64,000 bases of DNA from Escherichia coli (lineage in GTDB: Bacteria > Pseudomonadota > Gammaproteobacteria > Enterobacterales > Enterobacteriaceae), in NCBI RefSeq assembly GCF_041886205.1, contig NZ_CP169029.1. One strand, 5' to 3'. The notes beneath the pieces are model-generated. The model searched no databases and was not told where the DNA came from. It saw nothing but the letters and a program-made list of their open reading frames with translations. Position numbers and translations under genes: made by a program. How positions within the stretch are numbered: position 1 is the stretch's first letter; each line of letters starts with the position of its first letter. Positions 33,822-44,700 of this stretch are shown piece after piece.

Positions 33822-34844
33822 TCAGAAATCGTATTTGCCGATATTCTCTTTGTTGAATATCACGCGCTCCGGTAACAGTACGATGCCATTACCATCCGCT
33901 TCGTAGTCATAGCCCTGAACGCTGTTTGGCGAGACTTCAACCTGACCTACGCCCTTGATATCCAGCTTGTCGCCCGTTTTCATTGATCCTTTTTTCAATA
34001 ATGCATCCGCGACATACACTGAAATTTTGCCTTGCTGAACCACATCCCACAGGCCAAATTCTTTCACCGTGCCGCGCTCTACATACGGGCGCATCACATT
34101 TGGCGTACTGAATCCGACAATCGCAACTTTGTCATTTTTCAGGTTTTCTGCGGCTTGTGCGGCAGCGGGCAGGGCGTTGGCATCAGGGGCGATAATGGCG
34201 TCGAGATCGCTATACGCTTTTAATATTCCTTCTGCGGTTTGTAACGATTTAGTGGCATCGTTATAGCCAAACTGCGTAGTGACAATTTCCCAGCCAGGAT
34301 GCTCTTTGGCGATTTTCGCTTTCGCTTCTTTCACCCACTGGTTTTGGTCCGTAACGGTGGGGCTTGAGTAGAAAAACGCGACTTTGGCTTTGTCTTTATT
34401 CACCTGACGCGCCGCCATATCCACCAACATACCTCCCAACTGGGCGGGCGTTCCCTGATTAATGTAGTAAGAGCGGCACTCCGGTTTAGTATCAGAGTCC
34501 CAGGTCAGCACTCTCACACCACGTTGCATGGCGCGTTTCAGTGCCGGACACAAGCCATCAGGCGAAACCGCAGAAACGATAATGGCGTTATAACCCTGAT
34601 TGACGAAGTTATTAATCAACTGTACCTGACCAGAAACACTGGGTTCTGTCGGCCCGTCGTAGGTCACATCAACGCCCAGCTCTTTACCCGCTTGTTGTGC
34701 GCCGTTGCCACCACTGGTAAAAAATCCCACGCCAACCAGTTTGGGAATAAATGCAATACGCTCTGCGGCCTGCACATTCATAGAGATTGCGGCAATGCCA
34801 AGAGCGCTAAGTAAGGCGATTTTCTTAAAGCGATGAAGTGTCAT
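33822..34844 (-). CDS. lsrB: AI-2 periplasmic binding protein (340 aa)
   Basis: Signal peptide plus sugar-binding periplasmic protein fold. Confidence 0.9.
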
Positions 34845-34855
34845 GAAGATATCCT

Positions 34856-35848
34856 TTATGGCAATGGGTTATTGGCCCGACGCGCCAGCCACTCTTTAAT
34901 TTGCTGGCGATGCAGGCTAACGGAACGACCTACGACAACGACGATAAGTAGCGCACCGGAAAGGGCGCTGGACACCTGATTTGGCACTCCTGCCATTTGC
35001 AAACCTTGTTGCAAATATCCCACTAATAAAACCGCAATGGCGGTGCCGATAATGGAACCGGAACCACCATAAATATTGGCACCGCCAAGCACCACGGCGG
35101 TGATGGCGGGCATCAGAAACGACGCACCGAGATCGGAACGTGCTGAACCAAAATACGATACCAGCAGCACAGCGGCGACCGCAGACGCCAGCCCCGTCAT
35201 GGCATAGAGCGCACATAAGGTGCGGTTAACTGGAATCGCGCTATAAAGCGCCACGCGCGGGCTTTGCCCAATCAAAAACACATTACGTCCGGCATGGGTT
35301 TTATGCAGCCAGAGCCAGAAAACGAGGAGACATATCAGGAAGATAATCAGCGGAACGGGGAGCCCCAGCACATCCAGGTTAGCGAAATCTGTAAACGCCA
35401 TCGGGAATCCACCAATATCTTCGTACCCCGTCGCTCCGGCCATCCCGGAAAGCAGCAGGGCACTTCCGGCAAACAGATACAGCGTGCCAAGCGTAATCAC
35501 CAGCGGGTTAACTTTGGTATAGATAATTAATCCGGCGTTGATCAGCCCGCACAATACGCCGAGCAGTAAGGTCAGGAGTATCGCCAGCGGCATCGGCACA
35601 CCACTTTGAAACAGTACGCCCAATGCAATGGCGCAGAGGCCGATGGTCGAACCAAACGAAATATCGATCCCGCCACTGACAATCACCATCGTCAGCGGTA
35701 GGGCGACAATGCCAATGCAGATAAAGTCACTGGTGCTGAACAGCAACATATTGAGATCTAACATCCGCGGGTTAATTGCACCAAATGCGACAATCTCAAT
35801 AACGAGCAGTGCGGCAAGAGCCAGTTCCCAACCGTAGCGAATACGCAT
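34856..35848 (-). CDS. lsrD: AI-2 ABC transporter permease (330 aa)
   Basis: ABC-2 ribose-type permease ORF. Confidence 0.9.
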
Positions 35849-36876
35849 TATGCGGCCTCCCGTTTTTTACCTGACGAAGCGGGTTTAACGGATGGCGGTG
35901 GCGTCATAAAGCGGGCATATTTTTGCCGCCGCAGATTACGTTCCAGCGCACAACGCAGGCGTCCATCAAACACCAGCACCGCTAGCAGCACGAGGCCCGC
36001 GATAAAATCGTTCCACCATGCCGGAATGCGCAACAGCACCAGTACGCTATCGATCTGCGTCAGGAACCATGCGCCGAGTACCGCACCGATGATCGCACCG
36101 GAACCGCCGAGCAAACTAATGCCGCCCAGCACGCAGGCTGCAATTGCTTTCATCTCCAGCCCGGTACCGGTCTGGTTGGGGATAAAACCAATCTGCGAAG
36201 CAAACACAATCCCCGCCAGTGCCGCCATGCAGCCGTTCAACGAAAATGCCACAATGCGAATGGCTTCCGTACGAACGCCCAGTTGACGAGCTCCCTGTAA
36301 ATTATCGCCCGTGGCATAAAAACTGCGTCCAAACGCCGTCTTTGCCAGCAGCCAGGCCATAAATGCCACCAGAATTATCGTTAACTAACCAATTGCTGAA
36401 ACGCCAAGCAGCAGCGGGGCGGAGAGCTGTTTCAGTTCGGCGGGTAACCCCTCAATCCATTTACCGCCAGTCCACAGCAACATGATGCCTCTGTACAACC
36501 CTAACGAGCCAAGGGTGGCAACAATGGCAGGGATCTTTAGCCACGCGACCAGGACACCGTTGAAAAATCCCGCGAGCAAACCAAGCAGTAAAGTCGCGAC
36601 ACAGGCAACAGGTAGTGAATATCCTGCGTTCAGTAACATCCCCAACAGCACCGCGCACATTCCGGTAATCGAACCCACTGAAACATCAATATTGCGCGTA
36701 AGCATTACCAGCGTCGCGCCCATTGCCAGCAGGATCAGGATTTGCGCGCTGCTATAAACCATGGTCAGCGTTTGCACACTTAAATACTGGCGGTCGAGAA
36801 AACCGGGTAATACAAACAGCAGCACCACCGCCAGCAGTGCCGTGATTTCACGGTTGTTCTGAATAAACTTCAGCAT
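35848..36876 (-). pseudogene. lsrC: lsrC AI-2 ABC permease interrupted by an in-frame TAG stop (minus-strand codon at 36385-36387)
   Basis: Single reading frame carries the N-terminal 163 codons, then TAG, then continues in the same frame (...[17 protein letters not shown]...); the ORF track splits it into 36385..36876 and 35848..36369. Confidence 0.85.
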
Positions 36877-38395
36877 GACGCCTCCTGACGCTGACTATCG
36901 CCGAAGGCAACGCGCATAATAGTCTCGACATTAATATCGCGCCCGGTCAGTGCAGAGTGGGTAATTTCGCCCTGATGCATCACATACACACGATCTGCCA
37001 TCAGTTCGATCTCTTCCAGATCAGAGGAGATAAGCAGCACTGCCACATTCTGTGCGGCGATGCTGCGCAACAGCTGGTAGATATCATTACGGGCTGAGAC
37101 ATCCACGCCGCGCGTCGGCTCATCGACAATCAATGCTTGCGGCGAAGCTTCCAGGCATTTGGCAATGAGGATTTTTTGCTGGTTGCCACCGGATAATGTC
37201 CGTGCAGCTTGTTCCGGTTGGTTAAATTTAATATTCAGCGCCCGACGATATCGTTCCAGGGTGGCATTATCTTTCGCGGTTTTCGCCCAGAATCCACGAA
37301 GGTTATGAGTAAGGGCGCAGACGTTCCACGCCAGTGAAGCATCGAGATTCAGTCCGGATGACTGGCGATCTTCCGGCAGATAAACCAGACCGCGCAGTAA
37401 ACGTTCTCCGGTGGATAATCTATTGATCTCTTTACCATTCAGCATAATGCTTCCGCCACGCAAACTACGCAGACCATAGAGCGTCTCGGCCAGTTCTGTG
37501 CGTCCGGCTCCCACCAGCCCAGCCAGGCCCAGAATTTCTCCGGCATTGAGCGTCAGGCTGACATTCCTGAAACCTTCGCCAGTCAGATTTTCCAGTGTCA
37601 GCACCGACGTTCCGGCGGCATGTTGTGGGCGGTTACCAGGTAACTCCAGCCATAATTTTTGGCTGGCAGAGAGCGATTTTTCCCGTACCACTGGCGTGAT
37701 GGCCTGAATAATGTCGTCGGTAGACAGTTCGCTGGTTTTGCCGCTTAAGGCGATGGTTCCGTCGCGCATCACGCTAATTCGATCGGCAATCTGGCGAATT
37801 TCCGGCAGCTTATGCGAGATAAAAACAATACCCACGCCAGTAGCAAGCAGCTCTTGCAAGCGACTAAACAAGCGTTCGGTTTCCGCAGGGGTAAGCGAGG
37901 CGGTAGGTTCAGAATCCGCGAGTCGCGCATCAGCCCGCGGAGGATTTCCACCATTTGGCGATCGGCGACATCCAGCGATCCTGCCAGACTATGCAGATCA
38001 AACTGGCAGCCCAGCGCCGCCAGCAAGTTCTTCATTTTCTGCATGGAGAGCTGTTTTTTTGCCAGCCCAAACAGGATGTTTTCTTTTATCGACAGGCTTG
38101 GAAAAAGCAGCGGTTCCTGGGGAACGAGATAAATACCCAGCTGATGAGCATGAACTGGCGTTAATCTGGCGTAGTTGTTGCCCCCAATCTTCAGCGTACC
38201 GCTATCAGCAGGGGTAATACCGGCAATAATCTTCATTAACGTCGATTTACCGGCACCATTGCCGCCGAGCAGGGCGTGGACCTCCCCCTGATGCAACGTA
38301 AAATCGATGCCTTTCAGGACATTGACCCCTGAATACTGTTTATAAACCGAGCGGGCGCAAAGTAGCGGTAACGCGCGGGTATCACTCGTTTGCAT
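36870..38395 (-). pseudogene. lsrA: lsrA AI-2 ABC transporter ATPase disrupted by a frameshift near 37905-37915
   Basis: N-terminal ORF (37769..38395) has Walker [10 protein letters not shown] and runs ...RDSRIL then out of frame; the C-terminal ORF (36870..37871) continues the ABC ATPase in another frame; Walker B hhhhDE not encoded in frame. Confidence 0.85.
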
Positions 38396-38643
38396 ATTTC
38401 CCCTGTTCAGTTTTGCAGGTGAGTTTTGAACAAATGTATTTCTGCTTTTAATTTGTTCATAACCTTAGGTGGACATTGCACATATTTCCGACGAATAGAT
38501 CACAATTTATGCTATTTTGATTCTCCCGGTTGCGTTTGTTCATACTCGTAGAGTCAAACTGTGGTTGCCATCACAGATATAAATGCGCAAGAACTGAACA
38601 ATTGCATTAAAGATTTAAATATGTTCAAAGTGAAGAATGAATT
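38396..38643. promoter_or_regulatory. Divergent lsrR / lsrACDBFG control region with a perfect inverted repeat TGAACAAAT-N15-ATTTGTTCA (38427-38459)
   Basis: Inverted repeat read directly; position between divergent lsrA and lsrR starts. Confidence 0.6.
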
Positions 38644-39597
38644 ATGACAATCAACGATTCGGTAATTTCAGAACAGGGAATGTGTGAAGAAGAACAGGTC
38701 GCGCGGATCGCGTGGTTTTACTACCACGACGGGCTGACCCAGAGTGAGATCAGCGATCGTCTCGGCCTGACCCGTTTGAAAGTGTCGCGATTACTGGAGA
38801 AAGGGCATCAATCCGGCATTATTCGCGTACAGATTAATTCTCGCTTTGAAGGCTGTCTGGAATATGAAACACAATTACGTCGTCAGTTTTCGCTGCAACA
38901 TGTCCGGGTGATCCCAGGGCTTGCGGATGCTGATGTCGGCGGGCGACTAGGGATAGGCGCGGCGCATATGTTGATGAGTTTACTTCAACCACAACAGATG
39001 CTGGCGATTGGTTTTGGCGAGGCAACCATGAATACGCTGCAACGCTTAAGTGGTTTTATTTCGTCACAGCAAATTCGCCTGGTCACGCTCTCCGGTGGAG
39101 TCGGTTCTTATATGACGGGTATCGGGCAGCTTAACGCGGCGTGCAGTGTGAATATTATTCCGGCTCCGTTGCGGGCATCCTCCGCTGACATTGCCCGTAC
39201 GCTAAAAAATGAAAATTGCGTCAAAGATGTTCTGCTAGCCGCGCAAGCAGCGGATGTGGCGATTGTCGGCATTGGTGCTGTGAGTCAACAGGACGATGCG
39301 ACAATCATTCGCTCCGGTTATATCAGCCAGGGCGAACAGTTAATGATTGGCCGAAAAGGTGCAATTGGCGACATTTTAGGCTACTTTTTTGATGCAAAAG
39401 GTGACGTTGTCACGGATATTAAAATACATAACGAACTGATTGGCTTACCTTTAAGCGCGCTGAAGACCATACCCGTCCGGGTTGGCGTGGCAGGGGGAGA
39501 AAATAAAGCCGAAGCAATTGTCGCTGCAATGAAAGGCGGTTATATCAACGCACTGGTCACCGATCAGGACACAGCAGCGGCGATTTTACGTAGTTAA
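38644..39597 (+). CDS. lsrR: LsrR repressor of the lsr operon (SorC family, 317 aa)
   Basis: N-terminal HTH plus sugar-phosphate binding domain. Confidence 0.9.
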   Translation: MTINDSVISEQGMCEEEQVARIAWFYYHDGLTQSEISDRLGLTRLKVSRLLEKGHQSGIIRVQINSRFEGCLEYETQLRRQFSLQHVRVIPGLADADVGGRLGIGAAHMLMSLLQPQQMLAIGFGEATMNTLQRLSGFISSQQIRLVTLSGGVGSYMTGIGQLNAACSVNIIPAPLRASSADIARTLKNENCVKDVLLAAQAADVAIVGIGAVSQQDDATIIRSGYISQGEQLMIGRKGAIGDILGYFFDAKGDVVTDIKIHNELIGLPLSALKTIPVRVGVAGGENKAEAIVAAMKGGYINALVTDQDTAAAILRS

Positions 39598-39675
39598 ATT
39601 TGCATGACCTTATTACCGGGAATGATGGAGAACGTATAGAGGAACAGACAGAACGCATAAGCCGAGGATAATCTA

Positions 39676-41268
39676 ATGGCTCGACTCTTTACCCCTTCAG
39701 AATCAAAGTATTACCTGATGGCGCTGGATGCAGGTACCGGAAGTATTCGGGCTGTGATATTCGACCTGGAAGGCAATCAAATAGCAGTGGGACAGGCGGA
39801 GTGGCGGCACCTGGCAGTACCGGACGTTCCTGGTTCTATGGAATTTGATCTCAACAAAAACTGGCAACTGGCGTGTGAGTGTATGCGCCAGGCGCTGCAC
39901 AACGCCGGCATAGCCCCGGAGTATATCGCTGCCGTTTCGGCATGTTCGATGCGTGAAGGCATTGTTTTATATAACAATGAAGGAACACCGATCTGGGCCT
40001 GCGCCAATGTGGATGCCAGAGCGGCGCGCGAAGTTAGCGAACTTAAAGAACTGCACAACAATACCTTTGAAAACGAAGTTTATCGCGCGACCGGACAAAC
40101 ACTGGCTTTAAGTGCCATCCCCAGATTACTTTGGCTGGCGCACCATCGTTCCGATATTTACCGTCAGGCATCAACCATCACCATGATCAGCGACTGGCTG
40201 GCCTATATGCTCAGCGGCGAACTTGCGGTGGATCCCTCTAACGCTGGCACCACGGGACTTCTTGATCTAACCATCCGTGACTGGAAACCTGCATTGCTGG
40301 ATATGGCTGGCCTGCGTGCCGATATTCTTTCTCCTGTCAAAGAAACCGGCACATTGCTGGGCGTGGTAAGTTCACAAGCGGCGGAACTCTGCGGTCTGAA
40401 GGTGGGCACTCCGGTGGTCGTTGGAGGAGGCGACGTGCAGCTTGGTTGCCTGGGGTTAGGCATTGTGCGTCCGGCACAAACCGCGGTTCTTGGCGGCACA
40501 TTCTGGCAGCAAGTTGTAAATTTAGCCGCGCCGGTGACAGACCCAGAAATGAACGTGCGCGTTAATCCTCATGTTATTCCTGGCATGGTACAAGCTGAAT
40601 CTATAAGCTTTTTTACCGGACTCACCATGCGCTGGTTCCGCGATGCTTTCTGTGCCGAAGAAAAACTGATTGCCGAACGTTTAGGCATCGACACCTATAC
40701 GCTGCTGGAAGAGATGGCCAGTCGGGTGCCGCCTGGGTCGTGGGGCGTAATGCCGATCTTCTCCGACAGAATGCGCTTTAAAACCTGGTATCACGCTGCG
40801 CCTTCCTTTATTAATTTGTCCATTGACCTGGATAAATGTAACAAAGCGACATTGTTCCGTGCGCTGGAAGAAAATGCGGCGATTGTATCAGCGTGTAATT
40901 TGCAGCAAATTGCTGATTTCTCGAATATTCATCCCACCTCGCTGGTTTTTGCTGGCGGAGGTTCAAAAGGGAAATTATGGAGTCAAATTCTCGCTGATGT
41001 CTCGGGATTACCCGTCAATATTCCGGTAGTCAAAGAAGCCACCGCATTAGGATGTGCCATTGCAGCTGGCGTCGGTGCCGGAATTTTTTCATCAATGGCA
41101 GAAACCGGAGAACGCCTGGTTCGCTGGGAACGGACGCACACACCAGACCCGGAAAAGCATGAACTTTATCAGGATTCACGCGATAAGTGGCAGGCAGTTT
41201 ATCAGGATCAGCTGGGGCTGGTTGATCATGGACTGACGACGTCGTTATGGAAAGCGCCTGGGTTATAG
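39676..41268 (+). CDS. lsrK: Autoinducer-2 kinase (FGGY carbohydrate kinase family, 530 aa)
   Basis: FGGY kinase N-terminal motif [16 protein letters not shown]. Confidence 0.9.
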   Translation: MARLFTPSESKYYLMALDAGTGSIRAVIFDLEGNQIAVGQAEWRHLAVPDVPGSMEFDLNKNWQLACECMRQALHNAGIAPEYIAAVSACSMREGIVLYNNEGTPIWACANVDARAAREVSELKELHNNTFENEVYRATGQTLALSAIPRLLWLAHHRSDIYRQASTITMISDWLAYMLSGELAVDPSNAGTTGLLDLTIRDWKPALLDMAGLRADILSPVKETGTLLGVVSSQAAELCGLKVGTPVVVGGGDVQLGCLGLGIVRPAQTAVLGGTFWQQVVNLAAPVTDPEMNVRVNPHVIPGMVQAESISFFTGLTMRWFRDAFCAEEKLIAERLGIDTYTLLEEMASRVPPGSWGVMPIFSDRMRFKTWYHAAPSFINLSIDLDKCNKATLFRALEENAAIVSACNLQQIADFSNIHPTSLVFAGGGSKGKLWSQILADVSGLPVNIPVVKEATALGCAIAAGVGAGIFSSMAETGERLVRWERTHTPDPEKHELYQDSRDKWQAVYQDQLGLVDHGLTTSLWKAPGL

Positions 41269-41277
41269 TTTCATTGA

Positions 41278-41312
41278 CAGCCACATCATGATGACCGTGG
41301 CTGTTAGTTTTT
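41278..41312 (+). terminator. Rho-independent terminator after lsrK (CAGCCAC...GTGGCTG + TTAGTTTTT)
   Basis: 7-bp stem, T-rich tail. Confidence 0.55.
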
Positions 41313-41798
41313 GAGTATAGTTATTCTTATTTCCCTTCTTTTAGAACTGGCTTGTTAAATGCCAGCTTGCAGATTCATCCTTCCATCACCAGTAATATAT
41401 TCAAGGTGAAATTGCTATTTTTCTTAAAGCATTAAGCATAACCCTTATTTTATAGCGAATATTCCTAAAGACATTAATGGATGCAAAAGGGGTTTAATAA
41501 ACTTCGATTTTTAGCAATTAGTGCTATTCTTTGTTAAATATGATGATGGTAATTTTCCTATTAAAAGAAACAGTTTTCTTATTAAGCAACAATAACTCAT
41601 AGTTCATTTTTAAATAAAATAAGAACTATGCAATTTTTAATCTATCAATTCGAAAGCATTAGCAAATTAGCCAAATTGACACCTTCCCACCTCCAAATAA
41701 CACTCAATACAGACCTCTGACAATTTAATAAGTTTCATTTTTGATGTCTGGCGACTCATCTCTTTCGTGGCTGTATTGTTTGTATATGGAGCGTTTAT

Positions 41799-44700
41799 AT
41801 GAATAGAATCTATCGCGTGATATGGAATTGCACCCTACAGGTATTTCAGGTCTGCTCGGAATTAACTCGCAGGGTAGGTAAAAAATCGACGGTTAATTTG
41901 CGTAAATCCTCTGGACTGACAACGAAATTCAGTAGATTGACGCTGGGTGTTTTGCTGGCACTAAGCGGTTCAGCGTCTGGTGCGAGTCTGGAAGTTGATA
42001 ATGATCAGATTACCAATATTGATACTGATGTTGCTTATGATGCCTACCTGGTTGGCTGGTATGGCACTGGAGTGCTTAATATTTTGGCTGGCGGTAATGC
42101 CTCCTTAACCACGATTACTACCAGCGTCATTGGTGGTAATGAGAACTCGAAGGGCACCGTTAATGTTTTGGGTGGCACCTGGCGATTGTATGATAGCGGA
42201 AATAATGCAAGGCCTTTAAATGTGGGTCAATCCGGAACGGGGACGCTGAATATTAAACAGAAAGGTCACGTTGATGGAGGATATTTAAGGCTAGGTTCCT
42301 CGACAGGAGGCGTCGGGACGGTCAATGTTGAGGGAGAGGACTCTGTTCTGACGACCGAATTATTCGAAATAGGGAGCTATGGCACAGGCTCATTAAATAT
42401 TACAGATAAGGGTTACGTCACGAGTTCAATAGTCGCCATTTTAGGCTATCAGGCGGGCGGTAATGGCCAGGTTGTCGTGGAAAAGGGCGGCGAGTGGCTA
42501 ATAAAAAATAACGATTCCTCAATTGAATTTCAAATTGGTAATCAAGGAACGGGGGAAGCGACTATTCGCGGGGGTGGGCTGATTACGGCTGAAAACACGA
42601 TTATCGGTGGCAATGCCACCGGTATCGGAACCCTGAATGTGCAGGATCAAGACTCTGTCATCACGGTACGCAGACTCTATAATGGATATTTCGGCAATGG
42701 CACAGTCAATATTTCCAATAATGGACTGATTAATAACAAAGAATATTCATTGGTGGGCGTTCAGGACGGTTCCCACGGTGTCATCAACGTGACCGATAAA
42801 GGGCATTGGAATTTCCTCGGAACAGGCGAAGCTTTCCGCTATATCTATATCGGTGATGCTGGCGACGGTGAACTTAATGTCTCGAGTGAAGGCAAAGTAG
42901 ATTCGGGAATTATCACTGCGGGGATGAAAGAAACAGGCACAGGCAACATTACTGTTAAGGATAAGAACTCCGTTATCACTAATCTCGGAACTAATCTTGG
43001 TTATGACGGCCACGGCGAAATGAATATCAGTAATGAGGGGCTTGTTGTCAGCAACGGAGGAAGTTCACTCGGTTATGGAGAAACCGGCGTCGGGAATGTC
43101 AGCATCACCACGGGGGGGATGTGGGAGGTCAATAAGAATGTCTATACCACCATTGGTGTTGCGGGTGTCGGAAACCTCAATATTAGCGATGGCGGTAAGT
43201 TTGTATCGCAAAATATTACTTTTTTGGGCGATAAAGCAAGCGGTATCGGCACACTGAACCTGATGGATGCGACATCATCGTTCGATACTGTGGGTATCAA
43301 TGTCGGTAATTTTGGTAGCGGTATCGTAAATGTCAGTAATGGTGCCACCCTTAATTCAACGGGCTATGGATTTATCGGAGGAAATGCCTCCGGTAAGGGG
43401 ATAGTTAATATTTCAACGGATAGTCTCTGGAATTTAAAGACATCATCTACTAACGCCCAATTGCTACAGGTCGGTGTATTAGGCACGGGTAAACTGAATA
43501 TTACCACCGGAGGTATAGTTAAAGCGCGTGATACACAGATAGCTCTCAATGACAAAAGTAAGGGCGACGTGAGGGTGGATGGGCAGAACTCTCTGCTTGA
43601 AACATTCAATATGAACGTAGGGACGACTGGCACGGGTACGTTAACCCTGACGAATAACGGCACGCTGAATGTTGAGGGTGGCGAAGTTTACTTAGGTGTT
43701 TTTGAACCTGCTGTAGGAACGCTAAACATTGGTGCTGCTCACGGTGAGGCGGCGGCAGATGCCGGGTTTATCACCAACGCGACGAAAGTAGAGTTTGGTT
43801 CTGGCGAAGGTGTTTTTGTCTTTAATCATACCAATAACAGTGATACCGGCTACCAGGTCGATATGCTGATTACGGGTGACGATAAAGACGGAAAAGTGAT
43901 ACATGATGCAGGCCATACGGTGTTCAATGCAGGGAATACTTATAGCGGTAAAACGCTGGTCAATGACGGCCTCCTGACCATTGCGTCACATACGGCAGAT
44001 GGGGTAACGGGCATGGGTTCGAGTGAAGTAACCATTGCAAGCCCCGGTACGCTCGACATTCTCGCATCAACGAACAGTGCAGGAGATTACACGCTGACCA
44101 ATGCGCTCAAAGGCGATGGCTTGATGCGAGTTCAGCTGTCATCCTCCGACAAGATGTTTGGCTTTACCCATGCAACAGGGGCTGAATTCGCCGGTGTTGC
44201 CCAACTGAAAGACAGTACCTTCACTCTGGAACGCGACAACACCGCTGCGCTTACTCACGCGATGTTGCAGTCTGACATTGAAAATACCACATCGGTAAAC
44301 GTGGGAGAGCAATCCATTGGTGGACTGGCCATGAATGGCGGTACGCTCATTTTCGATACGGATATTCCTGCTGCGACGCTTGCAGAGGGATATATCAGCG
44401 TCGATACGCTGGTTGTCGGCGCGGGTGACTACACCTGGAAAGGCCGTAACTATCAGGTAAACGGGACGGGCGACGTGCTTATCGACGTGCCTAAACCGTG
44501 GAATGATCCCATGGCGAATAACCCTCTGACGACGCTCAATTTGCTGGAACACGATGATAGCCATGTCGGCGTTCAACTGGTGAAGGCGCAAACGGTTATT
44601 GGGTCGGGTGGTTCATTAACGTTACGTGATTTACAGGGCAACGAGGTGGAAGCGGACAAAACGTTACATATTGCGCAAAACGGAACGGTGGTCGCCGAGG

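Noticed and set aside
41269-41798. Looked for CRISPR-like direct repeats or tRNA genes in AT-rich intergenic regions (here and at 12156-12430, 60180-60608)
   Set aside because: No regularly spaced direct repeats and no cloverleaf-compatible sequence; these look like AT-rich promoter regions.
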